DNA from: a virus
Virus record (IMG/VR): IMGVR_UViG_3300021964_007043
Reading direction: 5' to 3' (one strand)
Length of the DNA: 64,000 nt
Of the stretch, positions 51,057 to 60,105 are shown one piece after another. The position numbers and the translations under genes were made by a program. Each line of letters starts with the position of its first letter. Within the stretch, counting starts at the first letter, position 1. The notes under the pieces were generated by a model. It was not told where the DNA came from. It ran no database searches and saw only the letters and a program-made list of their open reading frames with translations.

Positions 51057-51705
51057 TTGGAACAACTGCATTTTTTATAAAGAACCATTTAACTACATTG
51101 TCTGTGATAACTTTTTACAAGATTATTCAGATGACTTGTTTCCTAATACAAAATGGACAGAAAAATACCTTAGTAAAAGAGAAAATGAAGTTACTAAAGG
51201 TATAAGTGCTATACACAGTCTAGACATTATAGAAGGAAAAACAAAAGATCTTCTAGAGTCTATTTTAAGTCAACAGTTTTTTGATCAAGTTTGCAAACTT
51301 TTAAAAATACCTTTATTAGGAGAAACTACAAATGTAAGAAGATCAAACGGTGAATATAGAATAGCAAGAGAAGCAATGTTTGTCGAAAACTACAAAACTA
51401 ACGAAAATATCTTAGAACCTCACTACGATAGCGAAGTCACTATATGGACAGGATTGTTATATTTCGTAGATAGCCAATATGGAACCTTTAATATACACGA
51501 TAGTAATAAAGACATTGTAAAAACTATAAATGTCAAACGTAACAGATTAATATTAACGGAAAATAGTAATAAGTCTTGGCACAGTGTAAGCCAATGGTTA
51601 GAAAACTATCCTAGAAGAAGTATATATACTACAGCAGAATTTAAAAACTTTGGTAGAGACAAGGATAGAAAGCCTATAGGAGCAACAGAAACATGGATAA
51701 AGTAG
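51049..51705 (+). CDS. Fe(II)/2OG oxygenase (prolyl-hydroxylase-like)
   Basis: LEPHYD...WTGLLYF...SWHSV...RRSIY. Confidence 0.75.
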   Translation: MFNWNNCIFYKEPFNYIVCDNFLQDYSDDLFPNTKWTEKYLSKRENEVTKGISAIHSLDIIEGKTKDLLESILSQQFFDQVCKLLKIPLLGETTNVRRSNGEYRIAREAMFVENYKTNENILEPHYDSEVTIWTGLLYFVDSQYGTFNIHDSNKDIVKTINVKRNRLILTENSNKSWHSVSQWLENYPRRSIYTTAEFKNFGRDKDRKPIGATETWIK

Positions 51706-52397
51706 CAGAATACGGACTTTACGATTATGAAAAATATTCATTTGACGATTTAATACAAAAATACGATATTGGTATTGATTGTCAAAGAATGGTAAAAGAC
51801 TTTAATATGTTACTACCTGAAATGGATAAGATGGGTTGGTGGTCTGTAGGCAAGCAAAAGCATCAAGCACAGTTTGCAATACAATGTAGACCATATTCTG
51901 ATAATCCTTACTATGAAAGTTGCGGGCCTCAACCAGATCTTGCAAAAGACCATTTAGGAAACCCTTTGACTGAAGGAAGTTATAATCAAATAAATGAACT
52001 TTTCAAAGGATCTTATTTTGAAGAAATAATAAAAATGTTTCCATTTGAGGTAACACGAGTAAGATTTGTGCGTCTTAGCTCTAAAGCATGTTATAGATTT
52101 CATAGAGATATGACGTTTAAGTTTCATATACCTATTCTCACAAATCCTAGTAATATAATGATCTGGCCAGAACAAAGTCATAGATTGATTGTACATATGC
52201 CTGCTGATGGACACATATATTTTACTGAAACAGCAATACCACATACAGCATTAAATGGAGGCGCTGATTATAGATATCATATTGTGTTAAGTTCTATAGT
52301 TGATAGGACTTCTCTTTTTAACAGTTTATCAAATTATAAAAAAGATTTTGATTCTAGTAACTTTCCTAGTCTAGATCCGGAGGGTAAATGGAAGTAG
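51693..52397 (+). CDS. AspH-like Fe(II)/2OG oxygenase
   Basis: RVRFVRL..KACYRFHRD...FHIPI.TN...PHTALNGG..YRYHIV. Confidence 0.75.
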   Translation: MDKVAEYGLYDYEKYSFDDLIQKYDIGIDCQRMVKDFNMLLPEMDKMGWWSVGKQKHQAQFAIQCRPYSDNPYYESCGPQPDLAKDHLGNPLTEGSYNQINELFKGSYFEEIIKMFPFEVTRVRFVRLSSKACYRFHRDMTFKFHIPILTNPSNIMIWPEQSHRLIVHMPADGHIYFTETAIPHTALNGGADYRYHIVLSSIVDRTSLFNSLSNYKKDFDSSNFPSLDPEGKWK

Positions 52398-53857
52398 TTA
52401 TACTTTCTGATGTCTATGCTGAAGGTTGGATTAGAGCAGCAGGAGCATACAGACTTGCCACTGAGCTTAGAAAGCACGGTTATTCTACACAAGTGATCGA
52501 TTTTTGTAGCAGATTAACTGAAAATGAAGCACGAAAAGTTTTTGACAAGTTTATTACTAGCGAAACAAAACTAGTAGGTGTAAGTAATACATTTATGCAC
52601 AATGAAGGACACAAGATATTTGACCAAGATTGGATGTTTAGTCTTTTACAAGAGTACAAAGACAAGTACAATGTAAAGTTTGCTATAGGAGGTAATAGAG
52701 GCGGTATTGGACATTATAGCAAAGCAGCAAAATCATTGTTTGATATTTTAGTTGCTGGATTTGCTGACAAAGCAATCATAGAAATAGCTGAAGCGTGTCG
52801 TAAAGATGATTTAACTTTGTTGAAATCAAAAAAGTTTAACGATAAACAGATACTAGTAGATTGCAAGTTTGAATATGTATACGATGATTTTCAAAACAGT
52901 CAAATTATTTGGGAAAAACAAGATTGTATTTTTCCAGGCGAAGCATTACCAATAGAAACTGCAAGAGGATGTATTTTTAGATGTAGCTTTTGTTTCTTTC
53001 CTGGTAATGGAAAACGTGGCACAAACGATTACATGAAAAATAAAGATATACTCCGGCAAGAACTTCTGCGTAACTATGAAATGTTTGGAACTACAGTCTA
53101 CGATATAATGGATGATTTGTTAAATGATAGTCCAGAAAAATGTGAGTTTGTTCATGATGTTTTTACAAGTCTTCCTTTCAAAATAAAATACGGAGCGTAT
53201 GCAAGAGCAGATCTTTTAATAAGCCAGCCACAAACTTTGTCGTTACTAGAAGAAAGTGGTTGTATTGGAATGCAGTTTGGTATAGAAACATTAAACAAAC
53301 AATCAGGCGCAGCAATCGGAAAGGGTATGGGCCGACAGAAAACTATTGAAGGTTTACATTGGGTTAAAGAAAATGCAGATATAAGTTTGGGAAGCGGATT
53401 TATTATGGGACTGCCTTTTGAAAGTTTAGAAAGCATGAGAGAAACAATTGAATGGTTAGATAGCCCTACATGTCCATTAGATAATAAAGAAGTATATGCA
53501 CTAAGTATTCCTAGTTTGAAAAGTCATTTTGATCACAGTAAACTAATGGTAGATCCGGTTAAATATGGATACAAGGATTTAGAACCTGATAATGAACATA
53601 AAATGATTTGGGATAACGGATATATAAACTGGTATCAAGCTGAAGAACTTAAAAAAGAATGTTTAGAAAGATTTAGAAAACACAATCATTTTAATGCACA
53701 TCAGTTAGCACGGGTTTACAATACTGGATCAAGTATGGATTATATTTTAAAAACTCCGGCTGCAATGTTTAGAAAAGAAAATCCTAGTATTAAACCAGGA
53801 AGTGATAAACTTAAAAGTTTAAAAGAAAAATATTTAGAGATGCTATATGAGTTATAA
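52388..53857 (+). CDS. B12-binding-domain radical SAM protein
   Basis: RAAGAYRLATELRK...FAIGGN, then IETARGCIFRCSFC, MDDLLN, FGIETL. Confidence 0.85.
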   Translation: MEVVILSDVYAEGWIRAAGAYRLATELRKHGYSTQVIDFCSRLTENEARKVFDKFITSETKLVGVSNTFMHNEGHKIFDQDWMFSLLQEYKDKYNVKFAIGGNRGGIGHYSKAAKSLFDILVAGFADKAIIEIAEACRKDDLTLLKSKKFNDKQILVDCKFEYVYDDFQNSQIIWEKQDCIFPGEALPIETARGCIFRCSFCFFPGNGKRGTNDYMKNKDILRQELLRNYEMFGTTVYDIMDDLLNDSPEKCEFVHDVFTSLPFKIKYGAYARADLLISQPQTLSLLEESGCIGMQFGIETLNKQSGAAIGKGMGRQKTIEGLHWVKENADISLGSGFIMGLPFESLESMRETIEWLDSPTCPLDNKEVYALSIPSLKSHFDHSKLMVDPVKYGYKDLEPDNEHKMIWDNGYINWYQAEELKKECLERFRKHNHFNAHQLARVYNTGSSMDYILKTPAAMFRKENPSIKPGSDKLKSLKEKYLEMLYEL

Positions 53858-55412
53858 AGTTACACATATACCTAAAAATCAAGATATAGTAATAGCTACT
53901 GTTCCTAGCATTGAGTTACGACCTCCTATTGGACCTGCACGTATAAAAGCATATCTTAATACAGTAAACTTAAAATGTTATAATATTGACCTAAACCTCG
54001 ACTTGTGGCACAGGCTTCAAAAAGACAAAGAGTTTTTTCAAAGTGACGAAGACCGATTTTGGGAAGGCAGCGACAAATGGCAGTTATGGCAAGATAAAAT
54101 GATGTTTGATGATTTTTATGAAGTTACTCTTGGTAATATTGTAGAAGAATGGACTGATATTATTGTTGAAGCAAACCCAAAGTTTTTTGGTATTAGTGTA
54201 CACTTTTTACGAAGCCAGATGACAGCAAAAAGATTACTAGAAAGTTTGAAACGTAAAGCTCCTCATATACAAACTGTATTAGGTGGTAGCGCCGCAGAAC
54301 ATTTTGGCCTTGAACTTGGTTGGGATATTTTAGATTGGATTATTGTTGGAGAAGGCGAACGTGGCGTAGAAATGCTTATAAACAATGATATTAATCTTAT
54401 ACCTAACGGAGTATATAATAAACATACATATGACCCTAACTGGCAACTAGAAGCCCCCCGCACACCTAAAGTAGATATTACGGCAGTACCTTATCCAGAC
54501 TATAGCGATTTTATTTTTAATGCTTATCCTAAAGATGCATATGAAGTAGCAGAAGATACAATGGGAGTTGCTAGTTTGTTTATTGAAGGAACACGTAGTT
54601 GTGTTTTTGATTGTAAGTTTTGTAATGTAAGAGGTGAGTTTGGTGTATATAGAGCAAGAGACGGAAAAGCTATTGCTACAGAAATGATATATTATTATGA
54701 ACAATACGGTGTATTAGATTTTGTATTTGTTGATAATATATTAAATGGTGTATTAAAAAATCTAAATGAAATGGTAGATGTATTACTAGAATACCAAAAT
54801 ATCCATAATATAAAGTTTGCATGGACTGCTTATTTTGCTATTAGAGCTAAAAAACAAATGCCGCCGGAGATGTGGGATAAACTTAGAGCCAGCGGTTTAC
54901 ATCATATTAAACTAGGTATCGAAAGTGGTAGTACTGCTACGCTAAAAGAAATGGATAAAAAATATACCAAAGAAGATTTGTTGTATTGTATGGAGCAATG
55001 TCATAGAGTTGGTATTACTACAAGAAGTATGTATTTTGTAGGCTATCCTACAGAAAGCGAAGAAGAGTTTCAAGATACATTAGATACTATTGAAAAACTA
55101 AAACCTTATGATGATATTTTAAAGCCGTTATATATAGGTGTATTGATGCGTGTTAAGCCTAATACAAGAGCCAAAGATGAATATGTTTCAAAAGGATATC
55201 TTAAAAAGGATCAAAGATTCCCCAAAGGTTGGCCTTTTAGAATGTATTGGATTTATGATGATGGTAAAGTTTATAATGATTTAGAAGTTCGTGTAAGAAG
55301 ACACAAGCAACTTGCTTCGAGATGTAAAGAGTTAGGTTTTAAGTATTTCGACGATCCTATGCAGTTTGAACTACCAAAACTAGAAAAAGAAATAAAAACT
55401 TATATAAAATGA
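53847..55412 (+). CDS. B12-binding-domain radical SAM protein
   Basis: PPIGPARIKAYL...VLGGS...IVGEGE, then GTRSCVFDCKFC, FVDNILN, LGIESGS. Confidence 0.85.
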   Translation: MSYKVTHIPKNQDIVIATVPSIELRPPIGPARIKAYLNTVNLKCYNIDLNLDLWHRLQKDKEFFQSDEDRFWEGSDKWQLWQDKMMFDDFYEVTLGNIVEEWTDIIVEANPKFFGISVHFLRSQMTAKRLLESLKRKAPHIQTVLGGSAAEHFGLELGWDILDWIIVGEGERGVEMLINNDINLIPNGVYNKHTYDPNWQLEAPRTPKVDITAVPYPDYSDFIFNAYPKDAYEVAEDTMGVASLFIEGTRSCVFDCKFCNVRGEFGVYRARDGKAIATEMIYYYEQYGVLDFVFVDNILNGVLKNLNEMVDVLLEYQNIHNIKFAWTAYFAIRAKKQMPPEMWDKLRASGLHHIKLGIESGSTATLKEMDKKYTKEDLLYCMEQCHRVGITTRSMYFVGYPTESEEEFQDTLDTIEKLKPYDDILKPLYIGVLMRVKPNTRAKDEYVSKGYLKKDQRFPKGWPFRMYWIYDDGKVYNDLEVRVRRHKQLASRCKELGFKYFDDPMQFELPKLEKEIKTYIK

Positions 55413-55948
55413 TCTTTAAAGATTTCTAAAGCTCTGTCCCATTCTAATCTTTTATCTTTTCCTTTTTCTTTCATAAAGAATGCAAAAGTGTGTCGATCTG
55501 CAGGACTATATACACTATGGATTATTCCAGTGTTAACAAGAACACCACTTTTTACATGTGCATGATCTATTACTCTAACTTTGTCTTTATTATATGAACG
55601 AACAGTTTCATTATTTTCGCTTACATAAAAATCAAAGTTATCCGGATCATTAGGATCTTTTAACTCGTACCAGGACATAATACTTCCAACGCCGTCAAAA
55701 ATAAAGTTTAATCTGACATAGTTATTAGGATAATCCATAACATCTATATGTAACGGCAGTTCAAATCCTTTAGGTATGTAAAAATAACGAGAATATTTTA
55801 TTTCTAGATTAAACTGTTCAAGCCACTTTTTTAAATCTTCGTTATGTAGCTCTTTCGGAACCTTAAGTTCTCGGTAGGTGCTTCCGGTAAATCTTTCCCA
55901 AGGAGGCTCAAAGTTAAAAGGTATTCTCAGTTGCTTGTAAGTTTTCAT
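55400..55948 (-). CDS. Cupin / Fe(II)-2OG-like oxygenase
   Basis: LPLHID...VRLNF...GVLVNTGIIHSV...RHTF. Paralog of 55960. Confidence 0.6.
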   Translation of the reverse strand: MKTYKQLRIPFNFEPPWERFTGSTYRELKVPKELHNEDLKKWLEQFNLEIKYSRYFYIPKGFELPLHIDVMDYPNNYVRLNFIFDGVGSIMSWYELKDPNDPDNFDFYVSENNETVRSYNKDKVRVIDHAHVKSGVLVNTGIIHSVYSPADRHTFAFFMKEKGKDKRLEWDRALEIFKDHFI

Positions 55949-55956
55949 TGTAAAAA

Positions 55957-55964
55957 TATTTATA
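55957..55964 (-). promoter_or_regulatory. Exact T4 late promoter consensus TATAAATA, 8 nt before ATG
   Basis: Minus strand reads TATAAATA-TTTTTACA-ATG(55948). Confidence 0.65.
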
Positions 55965-56577
55965 AAAAGTACGGGTTAAAATAACTAGTTACATCGTTCC
56001 AATCGAGGAACTTTAAGTCAAATCTAAAACTTAAACTCAATCTAAAGTTATCTTTCATAAAAACAGTATGAGGAATATCAGTTCTTACCAATGTAGGTGT
56101 AGTTCCTATGGTACATCTTTCTCCTGCTTCGGTTAAAGTTTCAATAGGCCATTCGGCATATGCACTGCCAATCATACTATATTCAACTTGTTCTCTCCAA
56201 TTTTCTGGAAGATTATACCAAGTCATTTCACTTTTATCTTCAGGGTCAATAGTCCAGTTTACTGCATAAATTCTATCATTATCTCCTGTGCTGTCGTTCA
56301 AATCTATATGAGCACCCCAGTGTTGATAGTTTTCTTCTCGATAAAAAAATATTAAACTTCTAGGTTCTAACCCTATATCTTTCATGTATTGTAACCATTC
56401 TTTTGATATAAGATCATTTTCTTTTTTAAGGTTATAAGGATATAAAGTAGGCTCTATAAACTCTCGTGTTTTTATTTTATGTAAAAACGAATCAAAATCA
56501 AAACTATCTTTAAAACAGTTTGTATCTAAATTTAATCTATAAAAGTTTTTAATCAATGCATTAGTTCCTTCAACCAC
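55960..56577 (-). CDS. Cupin / Fe(II)-2OG-like oxygenase
   Basis: WGAHID...YAVNW...TLVRTDIPHTV...RLSLSF. Start uncertain (GTG 56577 or TTG 56556). Confidence 0.6.
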   Translation of the reverse strand: MVEGTNALIKNFYRLNLDTNCFKDSFDFDSFLHKIKTREFIEPTLYPYNLKKENDLISKEWLQYMKDIGLEPRSLIFFYREENYQHWGAHIDLNDSTGDNDRIYAVNWTIDPEDKSEMTWYNLPENWREQVEYSMIGSAYAEWPIETLTEAGERCTIGTTPTLVRTDIPHTVFMKDNFRLSLSFRFDLKFLDWNDVTSYFNPYFL

Positions 56578-56960
56578 TCAAATCTTCCATCTGTAGGTTT
56601 GCCGTTTTCAAATCTCCAGTTATGGTTATTTGACATTTTTCTTAGTTTGCCTTGATTAAACCAACAGCTTAAAAACGTTGCTAGACTTTCTTGATCCCAT
56701 CTAACAGTATAAGGTTTCGGGCTCCATGCCCTGTAAATAATATCATCCATGATAATATTTTCGCAGTCTTTTAGTTCTTTTACAAAACACCCAAAGAAAA
56801 CTACTTTATAGTCTCCTTTATATTCTTTTGCTTCCTTAGCAGTTAGTACAATACAATCTATATTGTGTTGATAAACACTATTTAAAAATGATTGTTTTGC
56901 GCTGTTACTTGCTACTACTACTAAGTTCTTAATGCTACACAGTTGGAATGCCAAGTCCAC
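56553..56960 (-). CDS. Hypothetical protein (up to 135 aa), start codon uncertain
   Basis: Fills the gap between co-oriented genes. No ATG near the 5' end (GTG 56960 or TTG 56954). Confidence 0.55.
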   Translation of the reverse strand: MDLAFQLCSIKNLVVVASNSAKQSFLNSVYQHNIDCIVLTAKEAKEYKGDYKVVFFGCFVKELKDCENIIMDDIIYRAWSPKPYTVRWDQESLATFLSCWFNQGKLRKMSNNHNWRFENGKPTDGRFEWLKELMH

Positions 56961-57921
56961 TTTTTGGATACCTCCATGGAATGTCTGTTAAGTCTTCGTA
57001 CATTTCTCTGTACAAGTTTTTCTTTCCTTTGTAGTGGCTGGGCATATTTGTGCAAGCCTCTATAAAGTTATTTTCTGCATAAGGATGCACCCATTTTAGA
57101 TCATCTTGTCCATAGTTAAATAATCTATATGCACCTTCATCTTGTAATCTACTAAACATAACTCTGTTTAAAATGTCTGGGTGTCTGTCCCATTGTGCAA
57201 ATCTTTTTTTAAAGTGTTCTACACATTCTAAATAAATCTTATTTTCACTTAATGGTTTAACACTGTTTATTCGTCTGTAACTTCCGCATACATTTACATG
57301 CCAGTAAGATAATGCTACTGGGTCGTACCCCATCATAGCAGTATATTGTAAAGACTGATTAACTTGCATTTCGCCTGTGCCTATTTCACCTGTAAATATA
57401 GTGTGGTCTTCTAGACCTAGTTCTTTTATTGCAAGTACTTTTGCTGTATATGGATTTTCAATCCAATACGGAAACTCTACTTTTGGTATAGTGTCTATTT
57501 TTACATATTCAACATCAAGTTTCATCTGATCTGCAATTTGTTTTACTATATTACTTTCAGTTGTTGTAGATATATCACTATATAAACTTACAGGTATAAA
57601 AGGAACATTATTTTTTATAAATGCATGTGCAAGTGCTGTACTATCTTTTCCTCCTGATAGAAATATAACGTTTTTATCAGTTGCGTATTTTTTAATGTTG
57701 TCTTCGAGTATTGCACGTAAAAAACTTGGGGCTATATCATATACTTTTTCTTTGGGTAATATTTTGTCTGAACTTTTTCTTTTAAGACCTGTTAAAGGAT
57801 GCCGATTGCTTACAGTCCAGCCGCCTAGAAACTTTCTTTCTTCGTAGAAGTCTTGATTTATCTTATTAGATTCACCAACTTCAAACTCGCAATAAAAATA
57901 GTCAATATTATTTAGGTTCAT
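56935..57921 (-). CDS. Stand-alone asparagine-synthetase C-terminal-like (AANH, ATP pyrophosphatase) protein
   Basis: VIFLSGGKDS PP-loop, IFTGEIGTGE, HPYAENNFIEACTNMP..YKGKKNLYR...RYPKSGLGIP. No N-terminal glutaminase domain. Confidence 0.8.
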   Translation of the reverse strand: MNLNNIDYFYCEFEVGESNKINQDFYEERKFLGGWTVSNRHPLTGLKRKSSDKILPKEKVYDIAPSFLRAILEDNIKKYATDKNVIFLSGGKDSTALAHAFIKNNVPFIPVSLYSDISTTTESNIVKQIADQMKLDVEYVKIDTIPKVEFPYWIENPYTAKVLAIKELGLEDHTIFTGEIGTGEMQVNQSLQYTAMMGYDPVALSYWHVNVCGSYRRINSVKPLSENKIYLECVEHFKKRFAQWDRHPDILNRVMFSRLQDEGAYRLFNYGQDDLKWVHPYAENNFIEACTNMPSHYKGKKNLYREMYEDLTDIPWRYPKSGLGIPTV

Positions 57922-58973
57922 AATTTGAAATCTTTAATGTCTAATACCTTTACAAAATCTTCAATCAGTATACGATATTTTTCTTGGAACTTAGATTGGA
58001 AATAAGGTTGCCAAAATCCCTCTTGTAGATGTGTTACATCATGTTGGACACGATAACATAAACGTTGTTTGGTATCTCCTAATCTTCGATGTAGTGTAAT
58101 ACTGTTATCAAAAAACAAAAAGTCTCCTTCATTCTGGTACCAATGATCGTAAACATATTTTTCAACAAAAAGATTTTTATTGATTTCTGCAAACACTTTG
58201 TCGCTATCTTCTTTACTCATACCCTTAATGCTATATACAGTGTTTACACTATAATGCAATCCTTTAATACCACCTGGACTTTGTATTACTAAAGGTATTT
58301 CAATATCATCTACAGGACACTGACTTGCTTTGCTTATTCTGTCCTGTTCTTCAATATATCCTGGATTAATGGCACCTTTAAGATATCTATGATGTATAAT
58401 CATGTCGTCTAGCTCAGATCTAAAACTTTCACTTACGTTTTCATAGTAATCTACAGTTTGAACAAATCCTGTACTTGTTCCTTTAACACCCTCTTTAGCA
58501 AAAAGTGCAATGCCGGGTGTAAAAGCTAATGTTCCTGCTTCGTTACTGTGCCATAATAAATCACCTTCTGCAAACATACCAGTAGGATTTCCGATTTCGT
58601 CTTTTTTACCGCTCACACGCATCATACTTCCTGATCGTGTAGGCTCTAGAACACGATCAATCGCTGCTAACAAATAATAATCATCTTCGCTAATATTAGG
58701 ATCTTTTTCTCTTACTTTTTTCCATAGTTCATCGTAGTTTAAGTTATAGCGTTTAGCCATATCATATCTAACAATATCTCTATTGCCGCCAAACTTTCTA
58801 ACCCATTTTTGTTGATCTTGATAATCTAAGTTAGTATTACGTATAATAACAACTAAGTTTTTTATATAAAGATCACCAATCTCCATCCATTCTTCATCTG
58901 TAATATGATTAAAATCTACACCGTCTACAAATACTCCATAACTTCCTAATCCTGGTATTTTACTTACTTTCAT
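57918..58973 (-). CDS. TauD/TfdA-family dioxygenase (HxN variant)
   Basis: GVFVDGVD...NLVVIIRN...LWHSNE...VYDHWYQNEGDFLFFDNSITLHRR. Start set at the ATG at 58973. Confidence 0.8.
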   Translation of the reverse strand: MKVSKIPGLGSYGVFVDGVDFNHITDEEWMEIGDLYIKNLVVIIRNTNLDYQDQQKWVRKFGGNRDIVRYDMAKRYNLNYDELWKKVREKDPNISEDDYYLLAAIDRVLEPTRSGSMMRVSGKKDEIGNPTGMFAEGDLLWHSNEAGTLAFTPGIALFAKEGVKGTSTGFVQTVDYYENVSESFRSELDDMIIHHRYLKGAINPGYIEEQDRISKASQCPVDDIEIPLVIQSPGGIKGLHYSVNTVYSIKGMSKEDSDKVFAEINKNLFVEKYVYDHWYQNEGDFLFFDNSITLHRRLGDTKQRLCYRVQHDVTHLQEGFWQPYFQSKFQEKYRILIEDFVKVLDIKDFKL

Positions 58974-59452
58974 ATGCATTCTTCCTTGTGATCTAAATCT
59001 TTATAAACATAACAGTTAGGCCCGAACTCCATTCCTTCGTCAAAAAACTCACTAGTTTTTTTAAATCCTACCTTTTCGTATGCCGGCAACGCTTCTTTTC
59101 TAGGTATACTCCAAATAGCTTTGCATTTTTCTTTTATTGCCTGACCGTGAAGTTCGCAGAACAAAACTCCGCTTACTCCTAGTTTTCTATATCGAGGATC
59201 TACCCAGATGCCTCTACTCCTGTACAAATCGTCTGTTGTTCTATGACCGCTATTTACACCTACTATTTCTCCGACTACATTATATACTGCAAAAAATGTA
59301 GGAGAATATTTTTTGTATATTTCCATATCAAATCCACCTTGATACATCATACTACTCATTGGTTTGATTTCACTGGTCCTATTAGGCCATAACTTTTCCT
59401 GCCAAAAAGGCAGTATAGTTTCAAAATCTACAACTCCGCTACGACCTTTCAT
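58970..59452 (-). CDS. GNAT-family acetyltransferase
   Basis: YRSRGIWVDPRYRKLGVSGVL (motif A R/QxxGxG/S), ALPAYEKVGF. Start at ATG 59452 with GGAGG SD and ATGA overlap. Confidence 0.8.
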   Translation of the reverse strand: MKGRSGVVDFETILPFWQEKLWPNRTSEIKPMSSMMYQGGFDMEIYKKYSPTFFAVYNVVGEIVGVNSGHRTTDDLYRSRGIWVDPRYRKLGVSGVLFCELHGQAIKEKCKAIWSIPRKEALPAYEKVGFKKTSEFFDEGMEFGPNCYVYKDLDHKEECI

Positions 59453-60105
59453 TTTGCCTCCAGGTGCTTTATTGTACACTTATAGTTATTCTCGGTTAAC
59501 GGTATGTTTAATACAAGTTGAACTGAATCGTCTACAAATGAAAACACACTATGTTCTTTTCTTGTGTTTATAAAGTAAGGTCTTCCAGGTTCTAAAGGAA
59601 TAACACGATCTTCGTATATAAACTTAAACTGGCCTTTATTGCAGTTATGACACATTGTAAGTATACGAAAACACGTTGCATTAAGTATTTTTCCGTCTCG
59701 ATGAGGCGGGAAAAAACCGCCCTTATTTAGGCGTATAAAGTGTGAACGTCCAAGAGTATCAAATATATCTAAAAGCGGCTGTATGACGCTTATATTGCTT
59801 GCAACAGGTGTTTTTACGTTGATATTAACTTCGTTTATGTTTGTATTATTCTGTTTGTTATACTCGAACAAGCTATCTAAATCTGGAATGCCGCTAAGAT
59901 TACCATCTAAACTTGTAACACTTAGTCCTTGTCTATTGTTAGGTTTTCTTGGGTTATATTGCTTCCAATCTTCAGAAAACTGGTTTAGTTCTTCTTTAAG
60001 TTTATTAACATTAAGACAAAAGTCTAGAGGAACAATGTCCCCTAGACTTGCTAAATGCAATAACAGATTTGAATCTGTATTAGTCAATAGTTTTACCTTC
60101 GACAT
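59449..60105 (-). CDS. AspH-like Fe(II)/2OG oxygenase
   Basis: RSHFIRLNKGGFFPPHRD...YFINTRKEHSVFSF...LVLN. Start moved from 60141 to the ATG at 60105. Confidence 0.75.
   Translation of the reverse strand: MSKVKLLTNTDSNLLLHLASLGDIVPLDFCLNVNKLKEELNQFSEDWKQYNPRKPNNRQGLSVTSLDGNLSGIPDLDSLFEYNKQNNTNINEVNINVKTPVASNISVIQPLLDIFDTLGRSHFIRLNKGGFFPPHRDGKILNATCFRILTMCHNCNKGQFKFIYEDRVIPLEPGRPYFINTRKEHSVFSFVDDSVQLVLNIPLTENNYKCTIKHLEAK

Noticed and set aside
56935-57921. QueC / 7-deazaguanine DNA modification pathway
   Set aside because: SGGxDS is shared across the AANH family, but the QueC Zn-binding CxxCxxC tail is absent, the C-terminus matches asparagine synthetase, and no folE, queD, queE or dpdA-like gene is visible in the window.
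60061-60070. Apparent extra base in the printed block at 60061 (possible frameshift in the oxygenase gene)
   Set aside because: The block appears to be printed with 11 letters, but the ORF-track translations on both strands (DSNLLLHL and CNNRFES) fit a 10-base TAACAGATTT. Treated as a display or reading artefact.
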